A DNA stretch of 64,000 nucleotides, from the IMG/VR virus record IMGVR_UViG_3300028275_000007, one strand, 5' to 3'. The notes beneath the pieces are model-generated. The model ran no database searches. It saw only the letters and a program-made list of their open reading frames with translations, and had not been told where the DNA came from. Below are positions 37,456 to 48,000 of the stretch, piece after piece; position 1 is the first letter of the stretch, and each line of letters begins with the position of its first letter. The translations under genes and the position numbers were made by a program. The DNA is from a virus. Taxonomy: Duplodnaviria; Caudoviricetes.

Positions 37456-37468
37456 GCTTTAAATTAAT

Positions 37469-38125
37469 TTAGATTTGAATATTACCTAAATCTGGATGCT
37501 TTGGAAACGCAATTTTCCAGTGATCAACTCCCTTGTATTTTGTTGGAAGATCACGCAAAAATGTTTGATATTCTCGAGCTTCGGCAATGGTCTCGTCTGA
37601 TAATCTAGAAAGATCACCGCTTAGTACACGATCATAGTATTCAACCTGCAATGAAATACCGTTCCAGAAATCTGCAGAATTAATTGGATGACCTATAAAC
37701 TTTGGCTGAGTAAACACCTTAAGATTTTTGTCATATTTTAATTCGTTCAAAGCGTGGCAATGTTCAACGATTCCGTCTCCGTTTTTGTATTCATAGACCC
37801 ACTTCTCACCCGTAGGCAACATTTCTTCATAATTGTCAACATCGCCGTGTGTGTAAAATCCTGTGAAATATGCAGCTTCCCAAGGATGGTCTTTTGCTGA
37901 AAATACAAAGAAATCGTAAGTTGGACCGTCGTCAACAATCGATGCTTCCAATTCTTCTTTATTATTGCTCATCCTTTCAACATTTAGACAAACACCAGTT
38001 TGTTCCCATTGTCTTACCAATAGAAATTCTGGTCCGTTATATACGCATTCAACTGTTTTCTTTTTAGCAGTTGTTTGCTTATATGGCTCATCTGGTAGTT
38101 GATGAGTAAATTTTACATTGATCAT
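37469..38125 (-). CDS. Tail-fibre assembly chaperone-like protein
   Basis: C-terminal EAREYQTFLRDLPTKY...AFPKHP resembles the Phage_tail_APC motif Y.Q.LRDLP...FP..P. Confidence 0.65.
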   Translation of the reverse strand: MINVKFTHQLPDEPYKQTTAKKKTVECVYNGPEFLLVRQWEQTGVCLNVERMSNNKEELEASIVDDGPTYDFFVFSAKDHPWEAAYFTGFYTHGDVDNYEEMLPTGEKWVYEYKNGDGIVEHCHALNELKYDKNLKVFTQPKFIGHPINSADFWNGISLQVEYYDRVLSGDLSRLSDETIAEAREYQTFLRDLPTKYKGVDHWKIAFPKHPDLGNIQI

Positions 38126-38131
38126 ATTTTA

Positions 38132-39136
38132 TTACCTCGGAATATAGTTAATTCTTACTAGACCGTAACCGCCTCTCCATCCAAAGTTACAGTGGTCGCC
38201 GCAAGGTGTTGGCATTGTACCGCCTGTACCTGTAGGCATCATTACTTGACAAGCCTGGAACTGATAGCAGCCGCAGCTTTTATCTGATGACCAGCAAGAT
38301 GTTCTTGGAATACCTCTATGTGGTGTTCTAGAAAGAGCATTTACCATAAATTGGAATTGGTGGAAACCTGACCCGTTCCATTGAGAGAAATCAGAGTCTG
38401 TTTCAAAACCGTGTGTTACCACAGCACCGTCACAGGCAAACAAACCTGGCGGAATAGCCACGTGAGCCTGTGTTGAACAAGGGCAATTACTGTAGCAGGT
38501 CCAGAAAGTAGCACAACTAAATCCACCAAATTTATTAATGTCGCCGCCCCAGGCCTGAGCACATCCAGCAGCGCCTGTTGCTGTACCATAGTTACATACA
38601 ATACCGCAGGTTCCGTTTGAATAGTTTGTAAAGCAGAATCCGCCACTCTGGAAACAGCACAATACCGCTGCCGATCCAGGAGCACAATACGCTGTGCCTC
38701 CTCGGCCACCTTGAGCACATATACATCCGTTTGTTGATGCTCCGGTATATTGGTTAATACCTGTCCAACAAACCTGTGTTGGATCAGAACATCCTTTAAA
38801 ACAGAATGTTTCTGGGTTACCACAGCTAATTCCAGCAATACCGCAGATTGTACATCCAGCTACTACGCAGATGCATTTACGAGCCCAAGCTCCCGGGTTT
38901 CCAGGAAGACCAACTCCGCAGCATCTAATACCTGCTGAAGAGCCGCCAGCTCCCCAAACATCAATAATTACACGGCCTGTACCAGGTGCAACCCAACAAA
39001 AGTAGTTGCTAGGGGTAAATTGCATTCCATTATTGCTTGTATTGGAATAGGTAAAAACTTGTCCTTTTTCTAGGCCAATTTCGTCGGTGTCGATTTGATT
39101 TATTTTATTTTCGACTAAAGTTCTTAAAGTTGCCAT
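38132..39136 (-). CDS. Cys-rich tail-associated protein 3 (~31 Cys)
   Basis: DVWGAGG..CC..PGNPGAW..K, GCICAQGG, GGDIN, CW....CGCY; start moved to MATLRT. Confidence 0.8.
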   Translation of the reverse strand: MATLRTLVENKINQIDTDEIGLEKGQVFTYSNTSNNGMQFTPSNYFCWVAPGTGRVIIDVWGAGGSSAGIRCCGVGLPGNPGAWARKCICVVAGCTICGIAGISCGNPETFCFKGCSDPTQVCWTGINQYTGASTNGCICAQGGRGGTAYCAPGSAAVLCCFQSGGFCFTNYSNGTCGIVCNYGTATGAAGCAQAWGGDINKFGGFSCATFWTCYSNCPCSTQAHVAIPPGLFACDGAVVTHGFETDSDFSQWNGSGFHQFQFMVNALSRTPHRGIPRTSCWSSDKSCGCYQFQACQVMMPTGTGGTMPTPCGDHCNFGWRGGYGLVRINYIPR

Positions 39137-39137
39137 A

Positions 39138-40337
39138 TTAGTACGTATTGCCTCCATCTGTTGGGATGTAACGAATTCTTACGGCACCCATACCACCACG
39201 TCCACCGTGGTCTCGAACGTCACCGCACACGTTTGTAGGATAGCCCCCTTGTCCCATAGGCGCCATTGGAATACAACCGAATGCTTCATAGCATCCGCAG
39301 GCCACTGATCCGTCCCAGCAATGCGCTACTGCATTATGGCTTGGATGACGACTTAATGTTTGTACGCCTGCAATCTGTGCCATTAAACCGTTTCCTGAAA
39401 CTCTTCCGCTTGGGGAATCTGTATCCATTGGGAATGTATATACTCCGCCTTCTGTGGAGTACTGCATAGCTGGAGTGTTATAATGATACAATAGTCTACA
39501 GTTGTTATTGTTTGCTGCGCAGTCAAAGTTTGATGTACAAGAAATTGTGCCGCAACAGTTTATGTCGCCACCAAAAGCACATACTGGGCCACCTGTGTTA
39601 TAAGGCTGATAGAAATCGCTGCAATAGTTACATACTCTAGCACAGATCCACCAACCGCAAATTTCTTTGCCGCCGATTGTTTTTTGACAAAATCTTGTTC
39701 TAGCAAAACATTGCATAACACTCATACCACCGTCAATACACCAGAACACTCCAGACTTACCGCCTTGAGCGCACATACAACCTCTAGTTGAACCAGCAGG
39801 GCAACAAATGTTATGTGTACAGTCACTAGATCTTGGAGCCCAGTTGGATGCCTTAGAATCATTTTGACAAATATTTCCCCAGTTTTCTCCGTTGCCCCAG
39901 CCCCAAGGATTGTTACCTTTCCAAGATGCTGAAGACATTGTTGGATTCATTCCACCGTTGTATATAGGTGTTGGAGAACATCCAAACCAGCAAATACATA
40001 CAGCTTCTGAATAACCTCTACAGTAAGCAGGTGTATCACCGCAGGCTCTTCCAATAAATCCACAGACATAATTTGATGGGCATACGCAGATACATTTTTT
40101 TGCATATGCACCAGGGTTTGGTGGTACTGACATACCGCAGCAACAGCCACGTCCCATACTACCACCAGCACCCCAAATTTCAATAACTGCCAGTCCGCAG
40201 CCCGGTGGCTTCCAACAGAAACCGTTACACAGACCTGTGTATTCGTTTCCGTCTCCGTATACCCAAATACGGCCCTTTTCTAGCTGATCTTCCCAGGCTA
40301 GTTCTCTGTTGCCTAATAATTGACTCAATAGGGCCAT
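39138..40337 (-). CDS. Cys-rich tail-associated protein 2 (~39 Cys)
   Basis: EIWGAGG..CCC..PPNPGAY..K, GCMCAQGG, GGDINCC, CW....CGCY. Confidence 0.8.
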   Translation of the reverse strand: MALLSQLLGNRELAWEDQLEKGRIWVYGDGNEYTGLCNGFCWKPPGCGLAVIEIWGAGGSMGRGCCCGMSVPPNPGAYAKKCICVCPSNYVCGFIGRACGDTPAYCRGYSEAVCICWFGCSPTPIYNGGMNPTMSSASWKGNNPWGWGNGENWGNICQNDSKASNWAPRSSDCTHNICCPAGSTRGCMCAQGGKSGVFWCIDGGMSVMQCFARTRFCQKTIGGKEICGWWICARVCNYCSDFYQPYNTGGPVCAFGGDINCCGTISCTSNFDCAANNNNCRLLYHYNTPAMQYSTEGGVYTFPMDTDSPSGRVSGNGLMAQIAGVQTLSRHPSHNAVAHCWDGSVACGCYEAFGCIPMAPMGQGGYPTNVCGDVRDHGGRGGMGAVRIRYIPTDGGNTY

Positions 40338-41365
40338 TAAAATTCTCCCAATTTTACGTGAATTTGATCTTCGTTAACGTTAGTGCCTCTATATGTGATA
40401 CGAATTGCACCGTGACCGCCTCGACGACCAGAATCTCTAACATCTGGACAAGGAGTAGCAGCAGTACCTGGCATACCATATGGCATATAATTCATACAAG
40501 CGTGGTGCTCATAGCAGGTACAGAACGCTGTTGATCTCCAGCAGGTTGTCCAAGGTTGGCCTCCTGTTGGTGATTTAGATGTATAGTTAATCATCATACC
40601 TGCACCAGCCATACCTGATCCTGCCCAACGATCTGGGCCCATATCATTAGGCCAACTAAAACTCATATATCCGCCGTCTTCTGACCAAGTTCCGGCAGGA
40701 TATGGTAATCTTTGAATAAAGTTACAAATACAGAACATTTGTCCGCCACGGAATTCCATAATACCAATACAGCCACAGCAGTTTTTATCTCCGCCGTAGG
40801 CACAGGCAATAAACAAACCTGGACAATAGTTACAGATAATTCCACAGCTATTGCAGATTAATGTTCCGCAGTATCCTGTAGCATAGTAACAGCAGAATGG
40901 GCTCCAAGCACCGGTCCAACAGCAGGTTTTGCCGCCAGCGCCACCTTGTGCGCACATACATCCGTTAGTGTTACCACACAGATCTCTTGCTTTTTCCCAG
41001 ACTACGCAAGTACCTTCTGAGCAGCCAGAGAATGAAAATCCTGAACCAGGGCCGTTACAAGCAACACCTGGTCTACCAAAAATAAACGAACAGCGATCTA
41101 CTGCAATCGTTTTCTTAGAATATGCTCCGGCGTTTCCTGGAAGGCCTACTGAACAACAACAGTTACAAGAACCGGTACCGCCTGCACCCCATATTTCAAT
41201 GGTAGCAGTACCACATCCTGGTGAATTCCAACACCACTGATGTTCAGTTCTGATACAGGCATACATTCCAGACCCACCAGAAACAGAATAAATCTTTCCT
41301 TTAGGCAGATTTTCCTGAAAGGCTGTAATCTGTCTAGTAGAAAGTAAATCGGAAAGTTTTCCCAT
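40337..41365 (-). CDS. Cys-rich tail-associated protein 1 (~34 Cys)
   Basis: EIWGAGG..CNCCC..PGNAGAY..K, GCMCAQGG, GGDKNCC, CW....CTCY. Confidence 0.8.
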   Translation of the reverse strand: MGKLSDLLSTRQITAFQENLPKGKIYSVSGGSGMYACIRTEHQWCWNSPGCGTATIEIWGAGGTGSCNCCCSVGLPGNAGAYSKKTIAVDRCSFIFGRPGVACNGPGSGFSFSGCSEGTCVVWEKARDLCGNTNGCMCAQGGAGGKTCCWTGAWSPFCCYYATGYCGTLICNSCGIICNYCPGLFIACAYGGDKNCCGCIGIMEFRGGQMFCICNFIQRLPYPAGTWSEDGGYMSFSWPNDMGPDRWAGSGMAGAGMMINYTSKSPTGGQPWTTCWRSTAFCTCYEHHACMNYMPYGMPGTAATPCPDVRDSGRRGGHGAIRITYRGTNVNEDQIHVKLGEF

Positions 41366-41380
41366 ATCTTTTATTTCCTA

Positions 41381-41707
41381 TTATGGTCCAATGAATACCC
41401 AACCGTATGAACCGCCGCTGTAAATCATTGTAATTGCAGCATTATTCAAATTCAAAACTAAATCTTCTGCTAAGTTTTGAATTTTGCTACCGTTTCTACC
41501 AATGGTTACATTGTTTGTAGCAAAAATTCCAGCCACATCAATAATTTGAAGTGTGTCACCAACGCTAGGTGATGCTGGTAATGTAATTGTAAATGCAGCT
41601 GAAGTTGCATCTGCAAAAATTCTCGTTCCTGCGGTAACAGTTGCTGAGCTAGTTAGCGTTTGATTAACTACTGAATCTGTCCCGAACGATGATACTTGTC
41701 TTCCCAT
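41381..41707 (-). CDS. Stand-alone T4 gp9/gp10-like baseplate domain
   Basis: ADATSAAFTITLPASPSVGD...D..G.FATNNVTIGRNGSKI...GW. Confidence 0.65.
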   Translation of the reverse strand: MGRQVSSFGTDSVVNQTLTSSATVTAGTRIFADATSAAFTITLPASPSVGDTLQIIDVAGIFATNNVTIGRNGSKIQNLAEDLVLNLNNAAITMIYSGGSYGWVFIGP

Positions 41708-41723
41708 GTTTATCTACTCCCTT

Positions 41724-42044
41724 TTATACTGTAGAGGTTTCTATGCCAAATGCACTTACACTTACGCTAGCATTGCTGGCATAGACAACTAAAAGTTTAC
41801 CTGTGTTCATCATAATTCCAGTTCTTTCTAGAACGCCATTTGGCCCAAGCTGTGCATCATATTCAATATATTCTGCGTTCGTAGGTGTTGATGAACTTGC
41901 TAGTGCAACTCTTACTGAAGCTGTGGTAGTTCCTCTGTTTACTATAAAAACTGATAATACAGTAAACGTAGTTGCTGGAACTGTATAAATGGTCGTATTT
42001 GTTGTAGCTGCTAAAGCTGCTTGACCTAAAATTCCTGTTGCCAT
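41724..42044 (-). CDS. Small beta-sandwich tail adaptor-like protein
   Basis: TTIYTVPA...NRG...VRVA...EYD..L.PNGVLERTG; paralogues at 56246, 60400 and the N-terminus of 8543..9958. Confidence 0.6.
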   Translation of the reverse strand: MATGILGQAALAATTNTTIYTVPATTFTVLSVFIVNRGTTTASVRVALASSSTPTNAEYIEYDAQLGPNGVLERTGIMMNTGKLLVVYASNASVSVSAFGIETSTV

Positions 42045-42059
42045 TTATTAATTTCCCCG

Positions 42060-45000
42060 TTAATTGTTTAGTAAAAAGTAATTTAACACTAGCGCATCGC
42101 CTACAATACCGCCTTTGAAATTTACTTTTGTATTTATGTTAATCGCAACATTTGTAGTTGTTGCAATGGTTTGCCCTGCTATGTATATAACGCCCGCTGT
42201 TAGGGTGTTAACGTTCAAGCTGGAACCGCCGCCACCAATTTGGCTAGTAATATACGCTTTAATAGCACGTTGCGTTGGTACTACAGAGTCAGAATCTGCT
42301 GTAAAGAACGGATCTGTTGAGAATTCTGTAATTGTTGCACCTGATCCACCAAGTGCTACAGAACCCAAGCTCAATTCGTTCAATCCTGCAATGTTAAACG
42401 CATCAGCATTCAATGTAGCAATACCAGTTGCCTGTTCAACGTTGAACAATCCACCAACTCTAAAATTACCGTCTTGGTCAGTTGAAGTATAGAATACACG
42501 ACCACCTTCTGATAATCTGTATTCTTGCGCTGGAACTGGATCAACTAATGGTAAACCAGGATAGTTAGAACTAATAATATTACCTGTACCGATATCTAAC
42601 AAATCGTGACCTGTTAAACGAACCTGTGAATATCTACGTCTAATTGTGACCGCTGCTTCGTGCTCAGGTGCTTCCGCAGCACCTAGTGCTGGACTCAATT
42701 GTAGAGTAGCATTATAAGTTCCGTCACCATTTGGAATTAAACCAGTAACGTTAACTAATCTATACCATACATCGTCGATGCCTGCAATCTGTACGTTTGC
42801 ACCTGCTTTTGGAACGCCGTCTAAATTTTTAAACGACACATATGTACTTACCTGATAGTTGTCAGCATAACCATTACCAGATATGTCTGCAGATGCTGCG
42901 GTATATCCAGTTCCTCTGTTTGTGAACATTGGTTGTGCAATAGCACCGTTGCCAACTCTAACAGTTGAAGTTGCATCTGAGCCTGTGTTATTAGGATCAG
43001 TGATAGTCATTGTTGGAGGTGTAACATAACCCGAACCTGGCTCAGTGATCCAAATTTCAGTAATTTGATTATCTGGAGAAACGTATGCTCTAGCTCTTGT
43101 TGTTGCACCTTGGCGAATATTTTGTACGCCAGCAGTACCTGTTGCAAGAACAACCCATCTTGGATCTGCATTATAATTACCGAGTGCAGATGCTACAAAG
43201 TCTCTGCTTGCTAAGAATGCCGATGTACCAGATCCTGTTGTTAGTACAACATTAGAACCTCCTTGTGTTGTTGACACAGTGAATTCAGTGCTGCTAGGAA
43301 CGCTGGTAATATAATAGTAGCTTCCAGATATCAAACCGCCAAGTGTTGTTCCTGTAAACTTAACTTTATCTCCTGCACGTAAGTTTGTGGTAGAAGATGT
43401 TGTTACATAGTTTGTATTCAATACAAATGTAGCTTTAGATGCATATGTAGTACCAGTAGCAGCAGAAACTAATGTAGTTCCGCCGTAGGCTGCTGGTCCC
43501 CAGTTTCTGCTAGTTGCCTGTGCTGGTCCTTCGACCCAGGTAATACCATCTTCTGAGTATGCAGTTCTACTGCTACCGTAGGCAAATGCCACATATCCTG
43601 TACTTGCATACACAACCTTGTTCCAGTTTGCGGCGGCACCTGGCATTGTAGCTGCGGTCCAAGTTGTGCCGTTAGTACTGTATGCTGCCTTGGTAGTTGG
43701 TGTGCCGCTGCTACCTGCAACTGCAACAAACTTGCCATTACCAAATGTCACTGAAGACCAGTATGATGAACTTGGCAATGTGTTGCCTGAAGTCCAAGAT
43801 ACACCACCGTTGGTAGAATATGACGATGTTTGAGAACCAGTTGAATAACCAGATACTGTTACAATATAATTTGTTCCACCGATATTACCATAGGCAACAC
43901 TGGACATTTCTGACGAACCGCTGGTTACAGCAGAGTTAGTCCAGGTAGTACCATCTGTTGAATAGTTAACCGCTGCTCCGTCACCTCTTAGAGCAATATA
44001 TCTATCGCCTGCCCAAATTACCTGTTTCCAGTATGCGTTACCACTTAATGCATTAAGCTGTCCGGTCCAAGAAGTACCGTTCGATGAGTAAGCAATATTT
44101 CTTGTACCGCCGTTACCACCAATAATAGCAACATATTGATTCGTACCATTGTATGCAATACTTGTATATTCATATGTTGAGTTAACTGTTGGTAATGTGC
44201 TGTTTGTCCAAGATGTACCGTTTGTACTATACGCATATAAACCTGCTGAACCGCTGTAACCTACGGCATAGAAAGAAGAACCTGTATAAATTACATCAGT
44301 CCAAGTTCCAGAAGTCAATGCTGTTGATTCTGTAAATGCAGTAGAAATTTTATTTTTAGCAGTTGAAGTTGCATTTAATGAAGCAGTCGAGCCGTCTCTT
44401 AGTGTCCAGGTTACACCGTCTGGAGAAGTTGCTGAATATTCTCCTTTAGATGTTACGTAGAATACACCTTGACCGTAGTTGATGCTGCTCCACTCGTACA
44501 ATCCTGGTAGGTTACTCTTGTACCAAGTTGCTCCGTTAAAGCTGTACGCTGCCATTGCAGAGCTATCTGAAATAGCAACAAAACGCCCGTTACCGTAGGC
44601 AATGTCAACCCAATTAGATTCGGTAGAATCGTCGTTGCTTGGTAATGTAGTTACTGTCCAAGCGGCACCTGATGCTGAATATGCAACAGAATTTGAGAAA
44701 TTACCTTCAATTTCAACAAATCGTGATCCGCCATAGGCAATTGCAACAGCACCGTTAGCTATGGTGTTAATGCTCCATGAGGTTGCATTAGTAGATAATG
44801 CACGGAATGCGGATGATGAATCGCTTGCGGCAATTGCAACAAACGAACCATTTCCGTAGGCAACATCGCACCAATCAGCAACTTCGCTTAGGCTTGATGC
44901 TGTCCAGTTAATACCGTCTCTAGAATATGCACCGGTAGCAGATGCTTTTGCAACAGCTACGTAAAAACTAACACCGTTGATCGCTCCATAGGCAATTGAC

Positions 45001-48000
45001 GACCATTGATTATTTGGTTCACCGCCGCCGCCGCTGGCCGCAGTTGGCATTGTTACAGATGTCCAAGTTACGCCGTCTAAGGAGTAAGCAGCAACACCAG
45101 TACCAACTGCAACATATTTGTCGCTAATTGCAGTACCGCTGGATGTGATATACGAAATAGAGCCGCTTGGGCTGTTTACTGTTTCAACAGTGATTGTAAC
45201 ATCGTTTGCTGGAGAAGTTCCGCCGAGTAGGGCTCCGGAAATTGTTAAAGTATCTCCGGCAGTATACAATGCTCCTGGTACTACCAATTCTACTGTATAA
45301 ACACCTCTTCTTCTTGAAACATCAAATGTTGCTAAACTTCCAGTTCCGCCAGTTGCAGATAAACCAGTATATGCGCCATATCCGTCACCGTAGACAACAT
45401 CTGCCCAGGCTGCGCTTGTAGTAATGTCTGCTACAGTTTTTGTAAATGGAGGAGCAGTAAATGTCAATCTTGGAGTAATAACATAAGAACTTGTAACGTC
45501 TAATGCTGCTTCAATTGGAGTTCCGGCAACAATATGCTCCCAACCAGCTGTTCCTGTAGATGGTTTATAGATTGTTGCTATTTTAGAACCTGCACTATAT
45601 GTATTAATATAACCGTATTGTCCAGCACCTGTACCAGCAATAATATCAATTCTCATTCCTACATATGCTGCACTCGATGAAGTATCAGCAGCAGCTAGTG
45701 TAATTTGAGTTGTGTTTCCGTCTTGTGCTAGGTTTGCGGCAGTTACATAACCCACGCCACCAATGCCCGAACTATCGCCCGGATCGGTTAAACGAACATT
45801 GAATACTGCGCCATCTCTAAATTCATTTGCTACAGTAGTAACACCGTAACCAGCACCAGATGTTGTAAATGTTGCTTCAGTATAGTCTGTACCAGCATTG
45901 CCAAACTCATATGCTAATATTTGTTGTCCGTCAGTTAATACACTTCTAACGTTGGCTTCAGATGCACGGTTGTTAATTTGTCCTAATACTGGAACTTCTG
46001 TAACGTCAACACCTTCTGCCACAGAACCAAAGTCTCCGTAGGAGTTGTTACCGTTTGTAGCACGGATCTTACCACCGTTTTCTGCTAGATATCCAACGTG
46101 TGAGTAGTATGTGAACACAGAAACAAGTTCTGCACGTCCTAGGTTAGTTACCCACGCACCAATACCTCCAGAGATAACCTGTGTAAAGTCGTTGGAAACG
46201 ATAGAATCAACTCCGCCAGCGTGTAGTGATCCGTCAATCTTTTGACCTGTTGCTCCTGTACCAAAAGTTGTTACGTTTTGTACATATGTAGATCTTGTGG
46301 TTACCCATACACGATCGTCATTTGGACCCCAACCTGGATCTAGAGAAACATAAGCACCAGCTACTGGTCTGCGAGTACCAAATTCGTTGGCTTCGTATAG
46401 ACCGTCTGGATAACTTCCTGCACCGGAAATATTACCGTCCGAACTACCGTCTAAACCAAATAATGTTTGATTACGGATTCCGCAACCGTTTCTTACATAG
46501 AACATCCATTCTAATCTAGAACCTGTTAATGCACTTCTGTAGTAACGTGCTGCTCTTGTAGAGTTGTAGTTACCTGTGTACATCAAATCTTGAGAAATTG
46601 CTGTGATGTAGTTTCTTACATCATTCTCACAAGATGCCTGATTGTATGAATACTTAACAGTCATTGTGCCAGTTGCTGTTGATAAGTCAACTGGAGTAGT
46701 ACTGTCTAATGAAGTAGATACTTTAAATGTTGTAGCTGTTAATCCGCTAGCTAATACATAGTAAGTTGTCGAAGTTGTAACTCCACCAAATGTTGTACCT
46801 GTGAATACTACAGCATCACCTGCAACCATCCAAGTTTGAGAACTGCACGTAAATGTATCAGTTCCTCCGGTAGATGCTGTTACAGTTGCCTTGAATGTAT
46901 TAGCAATGTATGCGGTAGCTTCTGCAACCATGAATTCTTTGTTAAGTTCGAGAATTTTTCCGCCGTTGATAACATTAACATCAGTGTTTGGAAGATTTGT
47001 TCCAATAATAATTGGTGATGTTCCAGTATTAGCATAATTGATAATATCTGTCCACAATAGATCGGCTTGAACCACAGCTCCGCTGGCTGCTGCAAATGAT
47101 GCTTTCTTAGAAATAAAATCAATAATTGCTAGAGTTTCTGTTTTCTGAGATGTTAGAACAATACCTGTGCTTTCTAGACCTCTATAGTAGGCCATGCCGT
47201 TCTGAATAGATAAGAAGTTCGAACCAAACATCAAATCATAGCCAAGAGCATCAATCATATAACCAACGTCACGAGAACAAGTTGTTGTGTTAAAGTTTAG
47301 AGTTGGATATTCTCTCTTGATATATTGAACTGCATCTGCTTGAATGCTTGACTTTGCGGCATCTAAGACTGTTTTTGCAGTTACTAATGCTGTTGCTACC
47401 CAGGCGGTGCTTGGAGCGATTGTTGTAGGCTCAGTACCAGTATTGATAGTGTCGTACATTTCTTGGATGCGAGCCTGTGCAAATTGTGCAGCAGCTAAAG
47501 ATCCTGGTGTACCGCTAACATCTTGTGTTAAACCAGTAGTCTTTGTCCATCCTGCGGTATTACCTTGTGCAATATTGTCAATAATATCTTTGATGCGTAG
47601 TTGAACAGCTAGGGCTTGAGATTTCTCTCCAGTTTCAACAAACACGCCATTACTGTAGTAAGAACGTGCTGCAATTTGAGTTGCAAGGTTTCCGCCGTAG
47701 GTTAAGTCGTAGACCAATGCATCAACAATATAACCAACGTCACGCTCGCATTTTGTTTGTCCAGTTCCGCCATATACGAATCCAACAAACGGGCTAATGT
47801 TTCCAGAAATTTGTGCGTTAATCCATGCACTAACTTCAGATACTAAGAATGCCTTGTTTGCAAGAATTAATCTTCTTGCATTAAAGTAGCCTGTGTCATA
47901 ACCTGTTGGATCTGGATATACATAGGCATTGGCAGATCCTAATCCGTTAGCAACAATGTCTTTAATTTCAGCAGCGTTTGCAATTACTGAACTAACTGCT

